A DNA stretch of 64,000 nucleotides from Felis catus (Eukaryota). Below the pieces are notes generated by a model. It was not told where the DNA came from and searched no databases. It saw only the letters and a list, made by a program, of their open reading frames with translations. Shown here piece by piece: positions 53,801-59,473 of the stretch (the stretch's first letter is position 1; each line of letters opens with the position of its first letter). Location: the NCBI RefSeq assembly GCF_018350175.1, contig NC_058383.1, forward strand, positions 6,448,001 to 6,512,000. Reading direction: 5' to 3'. The position numbers were made by a program, and so were the translations under genes.

Positions 53801-56800
53801 TGCGCGCGGGCCTGGAGGGCAGCGAGCGCTCCCGCAAGCTGCTGGAGCAGGAGGTGGTAGAGATCACCGAGCGGCACAACGAGGTCAACATCCAGGTAGG
53901 ATGGCGGCTTCCTGGGAGTGGGGGGGCGTCTATGCAGACTCACACTTGGTGTGTGGGGGCAGGGCCAGGATGGTGCCCAAACCCTGTGGGCTCCCCTCAA
54001 AACTCAAAGGCAGATGGTGTCCCCACTTGGGAAATCCTCAGAACTCACCTGCAGAGACTTCTTTTGTTATGGCAAAAACCCCCGTAACATAAAATGTACC
54101 ATTCTTAACCATTTTTAGTGCACACACAGTGTGTGAACTACATGCACGTTGTTGTGCAGAGCTTTCAAAGACAGGCTCCTAGACTCTCTCCCTTGGAGAC
54201 TGTGATCCAGAATCTGGTCTGTGGTGGGACTCCAGAAATTTAAACTGTTGGATCTAAACTCCTCAGGAGATTCTGATGATTTAGCCAACTTTAAGGACTG
54301 CCATTACCTTCAGTGTCACTGAGGATAGAACTTCAGAATTAGAAGGGATCTAGAATATTCCAAAGTCTAGGAGCACCTGGGTGGCTCAGTCAGTTAAATT
54401 AAGCCTGACTCTTAATCTCCAGTCAGGTCTTGATCTCGGAGTTGTGAGTTCAAGCCATGCACTGGGCTCCCTGCTGGGCATGGAGCCTACTTAAAAAAAA
54501 AATCAGTAAATAAAAAGTCTGACATTCATTTTACAAATGAAAAACCATGACCCAGAGAGTTGAGTGGCTTATGTGTGGTCAAAAAAGGAGACCCTTATCT
54601 ACCAGCGGTAACACCAATACTGCTTACAGTGCAATACTTTGCCAGCACAAACTTAATTCCTACTTAGCATCTCATGTGAATTCACCAAAAGAAAAAATGT
54701 GCATGAGACATATAGGGATCACAACCCCATTTTAGAAATAAGACCGAAGCCTAGAGGTAAAGAATTTATCCACATAGGTAGAAGTACCGGGGTTGAACCT
54801 GGGTTTTCCCAGCTCTGAGTTCAGGATTGTTCTAGAGTTCCCACCCATCCCAGGCCGAAATGACGTTATTCCTGGACTCCTTGTGATACATGTTCTGCTC
54901 TAAAACACAGAGAAAAATGCAGGGAGAGACGCTTACCTCAAGCAGGGGGTCCAGGGCCATTTCCTGTCGGGGGGTTTGGCAAGTATGTCTGTGAGAGAGT
55001 TGTTTCTCTTTCCTGGACACAGGAAGGGCTTTGCAGACTTCTGCCTCATGGCAATGTCTTTATTTTCTCTTCCAGAACCAAAGCCTCCTCGTGGTCAAGC
55101 GCAAGCTGGAGTCGGATGTCCAGCGCATCTCCAACGAGCACGAGGAGCTCATCAGTGAGTTCCGCTCTGCCGACGAGAGGGCCAAGAAAGCCATGACTGA
55201 TGTAAGTGTGCACGCTGCCTGGTGCTGGTGGGAGGGGGGCCCGGCCTGGGCCGCCTGTGGAGGACCAGGCCACCCTCAGCAGGGAAGGCCACTTCCTCCC
55301 CTCAGAGGTCACTGTGCAGCGCCAGCACCCTGCCAGTAGGGCTGTGGTCCTTGTCCTAAGGAGTCTGGACGCCTTTCTGAAAAACCAAACACATACAAGT
55401 AAGGAATAATTACAAGCTATACACGACCATGCGAGAGATCAGAGCTTGAGGCCTGGGGACATGGGTCAAAGAAGCCATCGAAAGTGGGCTTTCCTGGGCA
55501 GGTCTTTTGGCAAAGAGGAGCATTAACGCAGCCTGTGGAGAAGCATTAGTGAAAGGAAGATGGGAGCCATGCCCAGGTGCTCAGGGGCAGATTCAGCAGG
55601 ACGTGCTGCCAGTGGTCTTGCCCCACTTCTCTTTGGGGACTCACACGACCTTGAGCGGCAGATACCACGCACCCCGCTTTAAAGATGAAGGAATACAGAT
55701 GCTATCGCCAGGCTTGTTCCACTTGCTTGAAATGCCAGCTCAGGACCATTGCAGGTCTTATTTGGTGCTGGGTCTTGAGAGAACAGACCCATACCCAGCA
55801 TGCAGATCTTCCATGAATACTTGTGGAATGAATGCAAGAACGAGAGGGTAAAGTGACTTGCTGAAGGCCACACAGGAGCTACATGCAGACCTTCATCTTC
55901 CTCCTCCAGATCTGCGCTATGCCCACCCTCTGTGCTGTGCCCCTGATGGAGGAGGCAGCAAAGAGTGGCTGGAGAGCCCCAGGCTGGTGGGAGTCTGTGG
56001 GACTGGGGGCCCTGGTGGTGAGTGCATGAGCCTGCCTCCTCCCTGTCACTGGGAGAGACACAGGAGCATGGGGCACCCGCTCCACCAAAACCCAGCAGCA
56101 CATCGGCAAGGTTCTCCTTGTCAACCACTTGGTCCTCTGGTCTCCAGAGGTCAACGTCCCTCATCTCTCAATAGCATGGGAACCCAGCTCCCGTCCCCAC
56201 TCTGCTCCCCTCCTGCAGGCCGCCCGCATGGCAGAGGAGCTCCGGCAAGAGCAGGACCACTGCATGCACCTGGAGAAAATCAAGAAGAACTACGAGATCA
56301 CCATCAAAGACTTGCAGGCCAAGATGGAGGAGGCTGAGCAGCTGGCTCTGAAGGGAGGGAAGCGCACGATCATGAAACTGGAAGCCAGGGTGAGGGCGAC
56401 CCCGAGGTGGGCCAGGAGGGAGAGAAGGGAGACGTGGCGGGGCAGGGGCCTTTTCCCAAAGCTTCCCAAAGCACCCAGTGCTTGATGAGGAACTGGATTA
56501 TTCAGATGCTAGGAAGGGAAAGGAAAATGAGAGGAGAGCTGTAATTTATTTGTACACAGGTCTCCTCTCCTCTTCCTTCTTCTCCTGTCACCTTTCCCCC
56601 AGACTGTGCCCCCAAGCAGGGGAGCTCCCAGGATTCTTCCTCTGTCTGTTCCCAGTCTCTGTTTCCAACACTGTTCCTCCCTTACAATTTCCTTAAAACC
56701 AGCCTTGGTCTTCACCCATGGGGTGTCAGAGCTAGAGGGGCGACCCTGTCAGGCCCCTCCCTCCCCCACTTCCCAGAGAAGGAAATGTGAGGCTCAGGGA

Positions 56801-58385
56801 AAGGGACCCATCTGACTACCACAGCAGACCCACAAGGGGCAGAACCTGTGTGACCCTCCTGTCCAGGGTTTGCCTGCTCTCCTGTGGGGAAGAGGTGGAT
56901 GGACATTGTCACCATGATGCCCCCACTCAAGGCCACTGAGCTCTCAAGTTCAAGACCCTGTGTTCTCACAGCCATGTCCCTCTCTTCCTCCCTCAGATCA
57001 AGGAACTAGAGACAGAGCTGGACGGTGAGCAGAAACAGCACGTGGAAACAGTGAAGATGCTGCGGAAGAATGAGCGCCGCCTCAAAGAGCTGGTCTTCCA
57101 GACGGAGGAGGACCACAAGACCAACCAGCGCATGCAGGAGCTGGTGGAGAAGCTGCAGAACAAGCTGAAGATCTACAAACGGCAGATTGAAGAGGCGGTG
57201 GGTGCTCGCCCTCACGTGTGTCCCTAACGTGCCCTCCCTTCCCAGTCCAGGTCTCAGCACCTGGTTGGCATTAACCACAGGAAAGGAATCGAGCCCTGCC
57301 AAAAGATGGCCCCTGTGAGCTTCGTGTCCATGGCACTTCATAGGTGGACTGGACACCACACACTGGAGATAAGAACACGTAGAAAATGAAAATATCCCCC
57401 CAAGAACACCTGTAAGGTGTGATCTAAAACCAGGGAAAGTCTTTGCTGCCTTTGTCCTGCTTCCACTGCCCCTGGTGGCCTCTGCCAGGATAACTTCTCT
57501 CTCCTGCTCAGACCGTTAAACACAAGACCCTTCCCTTCTTTAATCCTCCGAATACAAGGCAGCAACACTGATCTTCTTAGTCTGTTTCACAGGTGAGGAC
57601 ATAGCCCAGAGTGGGATATTTATGTCATGTTAGCAAATGTCAAAATCAAAGTCAAATGGTTAGCAAATGATGGCTTCAAGCCTCAACCCTATACCACACG
57701 TCTGCCTACTGGCACCAGCACGCCCCCACCCCCACCTTGACATAGAACTTGGACTCTGCCATTGTTTGCTGCCAGTTCTGGGGCTACTACGCTGAATCCG
57801 TCAGCCACCCACACAACCAGCGCCTTTCCCAAATAGCTCGATAAAGATCAGGCTTACAGTTCATATGGTTCTAACCGAAATAGCACTGTGATTCTACTGG
57901 GAAGATAAGGGGATGGGAGCTGTGTGGTGGGGCTGGGGAAAAATGCTAAATCCTCACCTTTCATAGTGGGGCACCAGTAGCTAATGGCTAAAACTACAAA
58001 TTATAGAAGCATCAACACAGCACATTTTATTTAGAAATATGGATGTCAAGGCCAAAAAAGAATCAGCTAAAAGTACTGAAAGACTGGACTCTCACGTGTC
58101 CACGTTGAACCAACCGATAACGATGCACATTTAACCAGGAGAACCCAGGTTTACGCCCTGTTTTCCACCGTGCTTTTGCCACAGGAGGAGCAGGCCAACC
58201 AGACCTTGGCTCGCTACAGAAAGACGGTGCATGAGCTGGACGACGCTGAGGAGCGGGCTGGCATGGCAGAGACCGCCCTGAACAAGCTGCGCACCAGACA
58301 CCGTGTGGCCGGCAAGGGCATCACCTCCGTGGAGATCATCCAGGTGTCCAAGACAGGCTCCTCCAAAACCCTTTCTGAGGAGTGA
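353..58385 (+). CDS. MYH16: Myosin heavy chain 16 (superfast/masticatory myosin II), 42 coding exons, ~1945 aa predicted
   Basis: Spliced frame gives a class II myosin: N-term [31 protein letters not shown]-loop GESGAGKT, switch I NSSRF, switch II DIAGFE, SH2/SH1 [11 protein letters not shown], two IQ-like motifs and a full coiled-coil rod. The N-terminus and [20 protein letters not shown] match my recall of MYH16 rather than MYH1-8/13/7B/15. Confidence 0.95.
2485..2724 (-). mobile_element. Young felid-type CAN-SINE (SINEC_Fc-like)
   Basis: Poly-T tail, (GA)n, CpG-rich body, GGGGCGCCTGGGTGGCGCAGTCGG head on the minus strand. Confidence 0.92.
3227..3370 (+). CDS. MYH16: MYH16 coding exon 2 (144 nt)
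   Basis: cccag|[17 protein letters not shown]...YTNMRIY|gtgagt. Confidence 0.95.
4860..5016 (+). CDS. MYH16: MYH16 coding exon 3 (157 nt)
   Basis: [17 protein letters not shown]...AYHDMLM, AG/GT flanks. Confidence 0.95.
5638..5665 (+). CDS. MYH16: MYH16 coding exon 4 (28 nt micro-exon)
   Basis: ctgcag|(N)RENQSMLI(T)|gtaagt; restores phase between exons 3 and 5. Confidence 0.93.
5985..6081 (+). CDS. MYH16: MYH16 coding exon 5 (97 nt; P-loop and loop 1)
   Basis: [32 protein letters not shown]|gtaggg. Confidence 0.95.
6137..6278. repeat. ~14-bp minisatellite (CACACACAGGRGRG) x ~10
   Basis: Directly visible degenerate tandem units in intron 5. Confidence 0.85.
6896..6988 (+). CDS. MYH16: MYH16 coding exon 6 (93 nt; switch I)
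   Basis: [31 protein letters not shown]|gtaagt. Confidence 0.95.
7994..8057 (+). CDS. MYH16: MYH16 coding exon 7 (64 nt)
   Basis: [21 protein letters not shown]|gtgagt. Confidence 0.95.
8179..8405 (+). mobile_element. CAN-SINE with TSD tttaagaattt
   Basis: Head ggggtgcctgggtggctcagtc, (CT)n, aataaa/A tail; TSD at 8168-8178 and 8408-8418. Confidence 0.9.
8686..8784 (+). CDS. MYH16: MYH16 coding exon 8 (99 nt)
   Basis: [32 protein letters not shown]|gtaaag. Confidence 0.95.
10414..10517 (+). CDS. MYH16: MYH16 coding exon 9 (104 nt)
   Basis: [17 protein letters not shown]...EELQITD|gtgagt. Confidence 0.95.
11309..11447 (+). CDS. MYH16: MYH16 coding exon 10 (139 nt)
   Basis: [13 protein letters not shown]...EQAEVDTTE|gtaggt. 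Confidence 0.95.
11814..12082 (+). CDS. MYH16: MYH16 coding exon 11 (269 nt; switch II)
   Basis: [12 protein letters not shown]...[14 protein letters not shown]|gtgtgc. Confidence 0.95.
13175..13382 (-). mobile_element. CAN-SINE with near-identical 15-bp TSD
   Basis: tccgcaatgattttc / tccataatgattttc flanks. Confidence 0.9.
13724..13894 (+). CDS. MYH16: MYH16 coding exon 12 (171 nt, relay helix; mostly N-masked)
   Basis: Only the 3' end is readable (CIDLLEK|gtaact). The pyrimidine tract ends at 13721, so AG at 13722-23 plus a typical 171-nt exon fits the N run exactly. Confidence 0.85.
14148..14190. repeat. (GT)n microsatellite, ~21 units
   Basis: Perfect dinucleotide run. Confidence 0.95.
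15336..15515 (+). CDS. MYH16: MYH16 coding exon 13 (180 nt)
   Basis: [19 protein letters not shown]...[10 protein letters not shown]|gtgagt. Confidence 0.95.
17159..17285 (+). CDS. MYH16: MYH16 coding exon 14 (~127 nt; only first 7 nt readable, end inferred)
   Basis: ccttccag|GTG GGT T.. (V-G-, expected VGYN...) then N run 17166-17297. Must end in phase 1; 127 nt places the HST threonine at codon 660. Confidence 0.75.
18062..18120 (+). CDS. MYH16: MYH16 coding exon 15 (59 nt; loop 2 C-half)
   Basis: cctcag|[19 protein letters not shown]|gtgagt. Confidence 0.93.
18915..19130 (+). mobile_element. CAN-SINE
   Basis: Head, (CT)n and A-rich tail. Confidence 0.9.
19244..19331 (+). CDS. MYH16: MYH16 coding exon 16 (88 nt; contains codon 660)
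   Basis: [29 protein letters not shown]|gtacat. Confidence 0.95.
19613..19797 (-). mobile_element. CAN-SINE
   Basis: Reverse-oriented head and (GA)n. Confidence 0.88.
20117..20234 (+). CDS. MYH16: MYH16 coding exon 17 (118 nt; SH2/SH1 helix)
   Basis: [38 protein letters not shown]|gtgagt. Confidence 0.95.
21450..21570 (+). CDS. MYH16: MYH16 coding exon 18 (121 nt; converter)
   Basis: [21 protein letters not shown]...YKIGHTK|gtaggg. Confidence 0.95.
24577..24756 (-). mobile_element. CAN-SINE (internally deleted)
   Basis: tttatttattttgagagaga...gccaggtgcccc. Confidence 0.8.
25173..25309 (+). CDS. MYH16: MYH16 coding exon 19 (137 nt; IQ1)
   Basis: [45 protein letters not shown]|gtagca. Confidence 0.95.
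25482..25930 (-). mobile_element. MaLR (MLT1-type) solo LTR
   Basis: tgtattcgcttcctgtggctgc...gcaaagaccttatttccaaataaggtcacattcacagg...cacaattcaacccgtaa resembles the reverse complement of the MLT1 consensus (from recall). Confidence 0.8.
26183..26397 (-). mobile_element. Young felid-type CAN-SINE with perfect 15-bp TSD
   Basis: TSD tccagccatctttct at 26168-26182 and 26398-26412; CpGs retained. Confidence 0.93.
26882..26963 (+). CDS. MYH16: MYH16 coding exon 20 (82 nt; IQ2/hook)
   Basis: [27 protein letters not shown]|gtaggg. Confidence 0.94.
27885..28132 (-). mobile_element. CAN-SINE (left member of head-to-head pair)
   Basis: Minus-oriented head ends at 28132. Confidence 0.88.
28163..28400 (+). 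mobile_element. CAN-SINE (right member of head-to-head pair)
   Basis: Plus-oriented head at 28163, long (CT)n. Confidence 0.88.
29288..29461 (+). CDS. MYH16: MYH16 coding exon 21 (174 nt; S2 start)
   Basis: [14 protein letters not shown]...NDLTIQLQA|gtatgt. Confidence 0.95.
30361..30588 (+). CDS. MYH16: MYH16 coding exon 22 (228 nt)
   Basis: [12 protein letters not shown]...LAKMEKEKQ|gtgagg. Confidence 0.95.
31600..31704 (+). CDS. MYH16: MYH16 coding exon 23 (105 nt)
   Basis: [13 protein letters not shown]...KRALEELHQ|gtaggc. Confidence 0.94.
32351..33230. mobile_element. TcMar-Tigger-like DNA transposon, interrupted by a SINE
   Basis: Diverged TIRs ta|cagtcgattctcattat... and ...atgatgagggtagactg|ca; family assigned from recall. 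Confidence 0.7.
32430..32645 (-). mobile_element. CAN-SINE inserted in the Tigger-like element
   Basis: Full SINE body; diverged TSD aatgctggacc / aatactgaacc. Confidence 0.88.
34067..34153 (+). CDS. MYH16: MYH16 coding exon 24 (87 nt)
   Basis: [29 protein letters not shown]|gtaata. Confidence 0.94.
34393..34538 (+). CDS. MYH16: MYH16 coding exon 25 (146 nt)
   Basis: [17 protein letters not shown]...DLEEVVK|gtatgc. Confidence 0.94.
35664..35754 (+). CDS. MYH16: MYH16 coding exon 26 (91 nt)
   Basis: [30 protein letters not shown]|gtgtgt. Confidence 0.94.
36213..36269 (+). CDS. MYH16: MYH16 coding exon 27 (57 nt)
   Basis: ctag|[19 protein letters not shown]|gtaaat. Confidence 0.93.
36943..37029 (+). 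CDS. MYH16: MYH16 coding exon 28 (87 nt)
   Basis: [29 protein letters not shown]|gtacca. Confidence 0.94.
37320..37815. mobile_element. Possible old ERVL-type solo LTR
   Basis: tg...ca bounded segment with tttatt and ttaggactggttagtttggataatttcagcgggctctggg, reminiscent of ERVL LTRs; not verified. Confidence 0.4.
38300..38648 (-). mobile_element. MaLR (MLT1-type) LTR fragment
   Basis: ttgctggcaatccttggtgttccttg...cttataaggaca...tctgcaaagaccctgtttcc...gggcacaatt. Confidence 0.75.
38825..39070 (+). CDS. MYH16: MYH16 coding exon 29 (246 nt)
   Basis: [20 protein letters not shown]...METVQKSK|gtgagg. Confidence 0.95.
39948..40065 (+). CDS. MYH16: MYH16 coding exon 30 (118 nt)
   Basis: [14 protein letters not shown]...IRTRLQ|gtgagc. 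Confidence 0.93.
41307..41434 (+). CDS. MYH16: MYH16 coding exon 31 (128 nt)
   Basis: [16 protein letters not shown]...RQLDEESK|gtttgt. Confidence 0.93.
41530..41745 (+). mobile_element. CAN-SINE
   Basis: Head, (CT)n, aataaa/A tail. Confidence 0.9.
41988..42184 (+). CDS. MYH16: MYH16 coding exon 32 (197 nt)
   Basis: SRSTAMVSL...[19 protein letters not shown]|gtgagt. Confidence 0.95.
42315..42719 (-). mobile_element. Two nested CAN-SINEs (full-length one inserted at the tail of a 5'-truncated one)
   Basis: Outer TSD cacaggctcctcttaaa (42298-42314 / 42720-42736); inner TSD ctcttaaaattt. Confidence 0.88.
43712..43741. repeat. (GGAT)n microsatellite
   Basis: ~7 perfect units. Confidence 0.9.
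43892..44024 (+). CDS. MYH16: MYH16 coding exon 33 (133 nt)
   Basis: [12 protein letters not shown]...EDLTIDLEK|gtcagg. Confidence 0.94.
44622..45080 (+). mobile_element. Two nested CAN-SINEs (young felid-type copy at 44845 inserted in the A-tail of an older copy)
   Basis: Outer TSD aataaatacatagttgct (44604-44621 / 45081-45098); inner TSD aaaaaataaacatta. Confidence 0.9.
45574..45790 (+). CDS. MYH16: MYH16 coding exon 34 (217 nt)
   Basis: [17 protein letters not shown]...KKENKTLQ|gtgagt. Confidence 0.95.
46905..47167 (+). mobile_element. CAN-SINE with 15-bp TSD
   Basis: gtaaagtagccccag at 46887-46901 and 47168-47182. Confidence 0.9.
48049..48185 (+). CDS. MYH16: MYH16 coding exon 35 (137 nt)
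   Basis: [19 protein letters not shown]...EEAESSLE|gtaacc. Confidence 0.94.
48279..48382 (+). CDS. MYH16: MYH16 coding exon 36 (104 nt)
   Basis: [34 protein letters not shown]|gtatgg; follows a 93-nt intron. Confidence 0.94.
48660..49412 (+). mobile_element. Old L1 3' fragment (partly N-masked)
   Basis: acacccattaggatggc...aatggataaacaaaatgtggt...gaaccttgaggacattat...cacttcaaaatggttaa...A tail. Confidence 0.8.
50000..51815 (-). mobile_element. Old L1 fragment, antisense, with N gaps and an inserted SINE
   Basis: tgtgactggcttctttcacttggcatcatgttttcaag...gatggacatttgggttg...ttgcaaatattttc motifs. Confidence 0.8.
50757..50920 (-). mobile_element. CAN-SINE fragment within L1
   Basis: Diverged TSD tgctgagcaccttt / tgctaagcatcttt. 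Confidence 0.8.
52567..52786 (+). CDS. MYH16: Inferred location of MYH16 coding exon 37 (~193 nt, entirely within N run)
   Basis: About 64 rod residues are missing between ...EFEAT(R) and DLQMQ... and the phase requires length mod 3 = 1. This 220-N run is the only gap in the intron that is both large enough and not embedded in L1 sequence. Confidence 0.6.
53692..53895 (+). CDS. MYH16: MYH16 coding exon 38 (204 nt)
   Basis: [16 protein letters not shown]...RHNEVNIQ|gtagga. Confidence 0.95.
54370..54512 (+). mobile_element. Short CAN-SINE variant lacking the (CT)n region
   Basis: gagcacctgggtggctcagtcagttaa...ggagcctacttaaaaaaaa; aaagtct on both flanks. Confidence 0.75.
55076..55201 (+). CDS. 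MYH16: MYH16 coding exon 39 (126 nt)
   Basis: [14 protein letters not shown]...RAKKAMTD|gtaagt. Confidence 0.95.
56219..56389 (+). CDS. MYH16: MYH16 coding exon 40 (171 nt)
   Basis: [13 protein letters not shown]...[13 protein letters not shown]|gtgagg. Confidence 0.95.
56997..57197 (+). CDS. MYH16: MYH16 coding exon 41 (201 nt)
   Basis: [13 protein letters not shown]...[10 protein letters not shown]|gtgggt. Confidence 0.95.
58185..58385 (+). CDS. MYH16: MYH16 coding exon 42 (rod end and tailpiece, stop TGA)
   Basis: [13 protein letters not shown]...[34 protein letters not shown]. Confidence 0.88.
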   Translation, partial: EEQANQTLARYRKTVHELDDAEERAGMAETALNKLRTRHRVAGKGITSVEIIQVSKTGSSKTLSEE

Positions 58386-59204
58386 GATTCTCCATGTTCC
58401 AGCCCACGGCCGGTAGGTATGGACTCCACTCTCGATGCCCGTGCTCCAAGCTTACCTTCCCTGCTCCCGCTTTGCTCCTTCCGACTTCTCTGCTTTCCTG
58501 TCTGCCAGGCCCTGGCCTCATGCAGTGCCAACTCCAAACCTCCCCTGTCCCTTCAGCTGCAACACTTCCCTCTCCCTCTCTGGATTCTCAAAGCCCTCGG
58601 GCGTGTGAGCTCCACCTGTGATACAGGTGCCAGCGGTCATGACACTCCTCTGTCTGGGTGGAAGCTCCTTGGAGATAATGTCTAATGCCACTTGACACTA
58701 GGCCTGGCAGACAGGTGCCAATGCTTGCTTCAGTGGAGAACCACAGGGACATTTGCAAGCCTACGGGCAGTATGTGTTCATCTTTCACATCCCCACAATA
58801 TCATTATTCCTGAGGATTTCATCAATACTGGTTGAATTTAGGTTTCTAATATTAAGGAAGTAATAATTATTATTGTCCCCCAGGGGGACAACGTAAAGTA
58901 GTCCTTTCTTTAATTCAGAATCAACCGAGGAAAAAAAATATAGGAGGCAAATATATAAAAGTCAAAATGCAAGTTTTACTATGTTACAATTCTAGATTGA
59001 GAATTTAATGGGTGTCCAACCTGGGCATCCTTGTGTTTTACCCCAGAATTAAAGGTACCTGCAGAACTGATCAACCACAGCCCTGCTCCATAAAGACCAA
59101 CCCTTACTCCGAGGAGACAGATGACCAGGATTCATCAACCCTACAGGCAGATCCAAAAGGAGAGGCCAGATGGGGTACATGTTGACCCCGTCTTCCAAAC
59201 ACAG

Positions 59205-59210
59205 AATAAA
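59205..59210 (+). promoter_or_regulatory. First canonical AATAAA after the stop; candidate poly(A) signal
   Basis: AATAAA ~820 nt after TGA; ATTAAA also at 59048; no transcript evidence. Confidence 0.3.
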
Positions 59211-59276
59211 TCATTCCTCCTCCATGAGAGGAGCAAGGGAAAGATGAGGAGAGAGGCAAAGAACATTATTCTAGAG

Positions 59277-59473
59277 CAGTGGTTCCCCCAAAACGTGGTC
59301 CCTTTGACCAGTAGCAATATCAGCATCACCTGAGAAGTTGTTAGAAATGCAAATTCTTATGCTTCACTTCAGATTTACTGAGTCAGAAGCTACAGAGGTA
59401 GGCCCAGTGTCTGTGGTTTAATCACCCCTACAGTAATCACATGTATGATCACATGTGCTAAAACCAACACTGT
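59277..59473. mobile_element. MER5A-like hAT MITE
   Basis: cagtggttcccc...cagcatcacctgagaagttgttagaaatgcaaattc...aacactg. Confidence 0.7.

Noticed and set aside
58873-58891. Perfect 9-bp inverted repeat ttgtccccc-a-gggggacaa
   Set aside because: Short, with a 1-nt loop; plausible by chance in 64 kb and not a terminator in a mammalian context.
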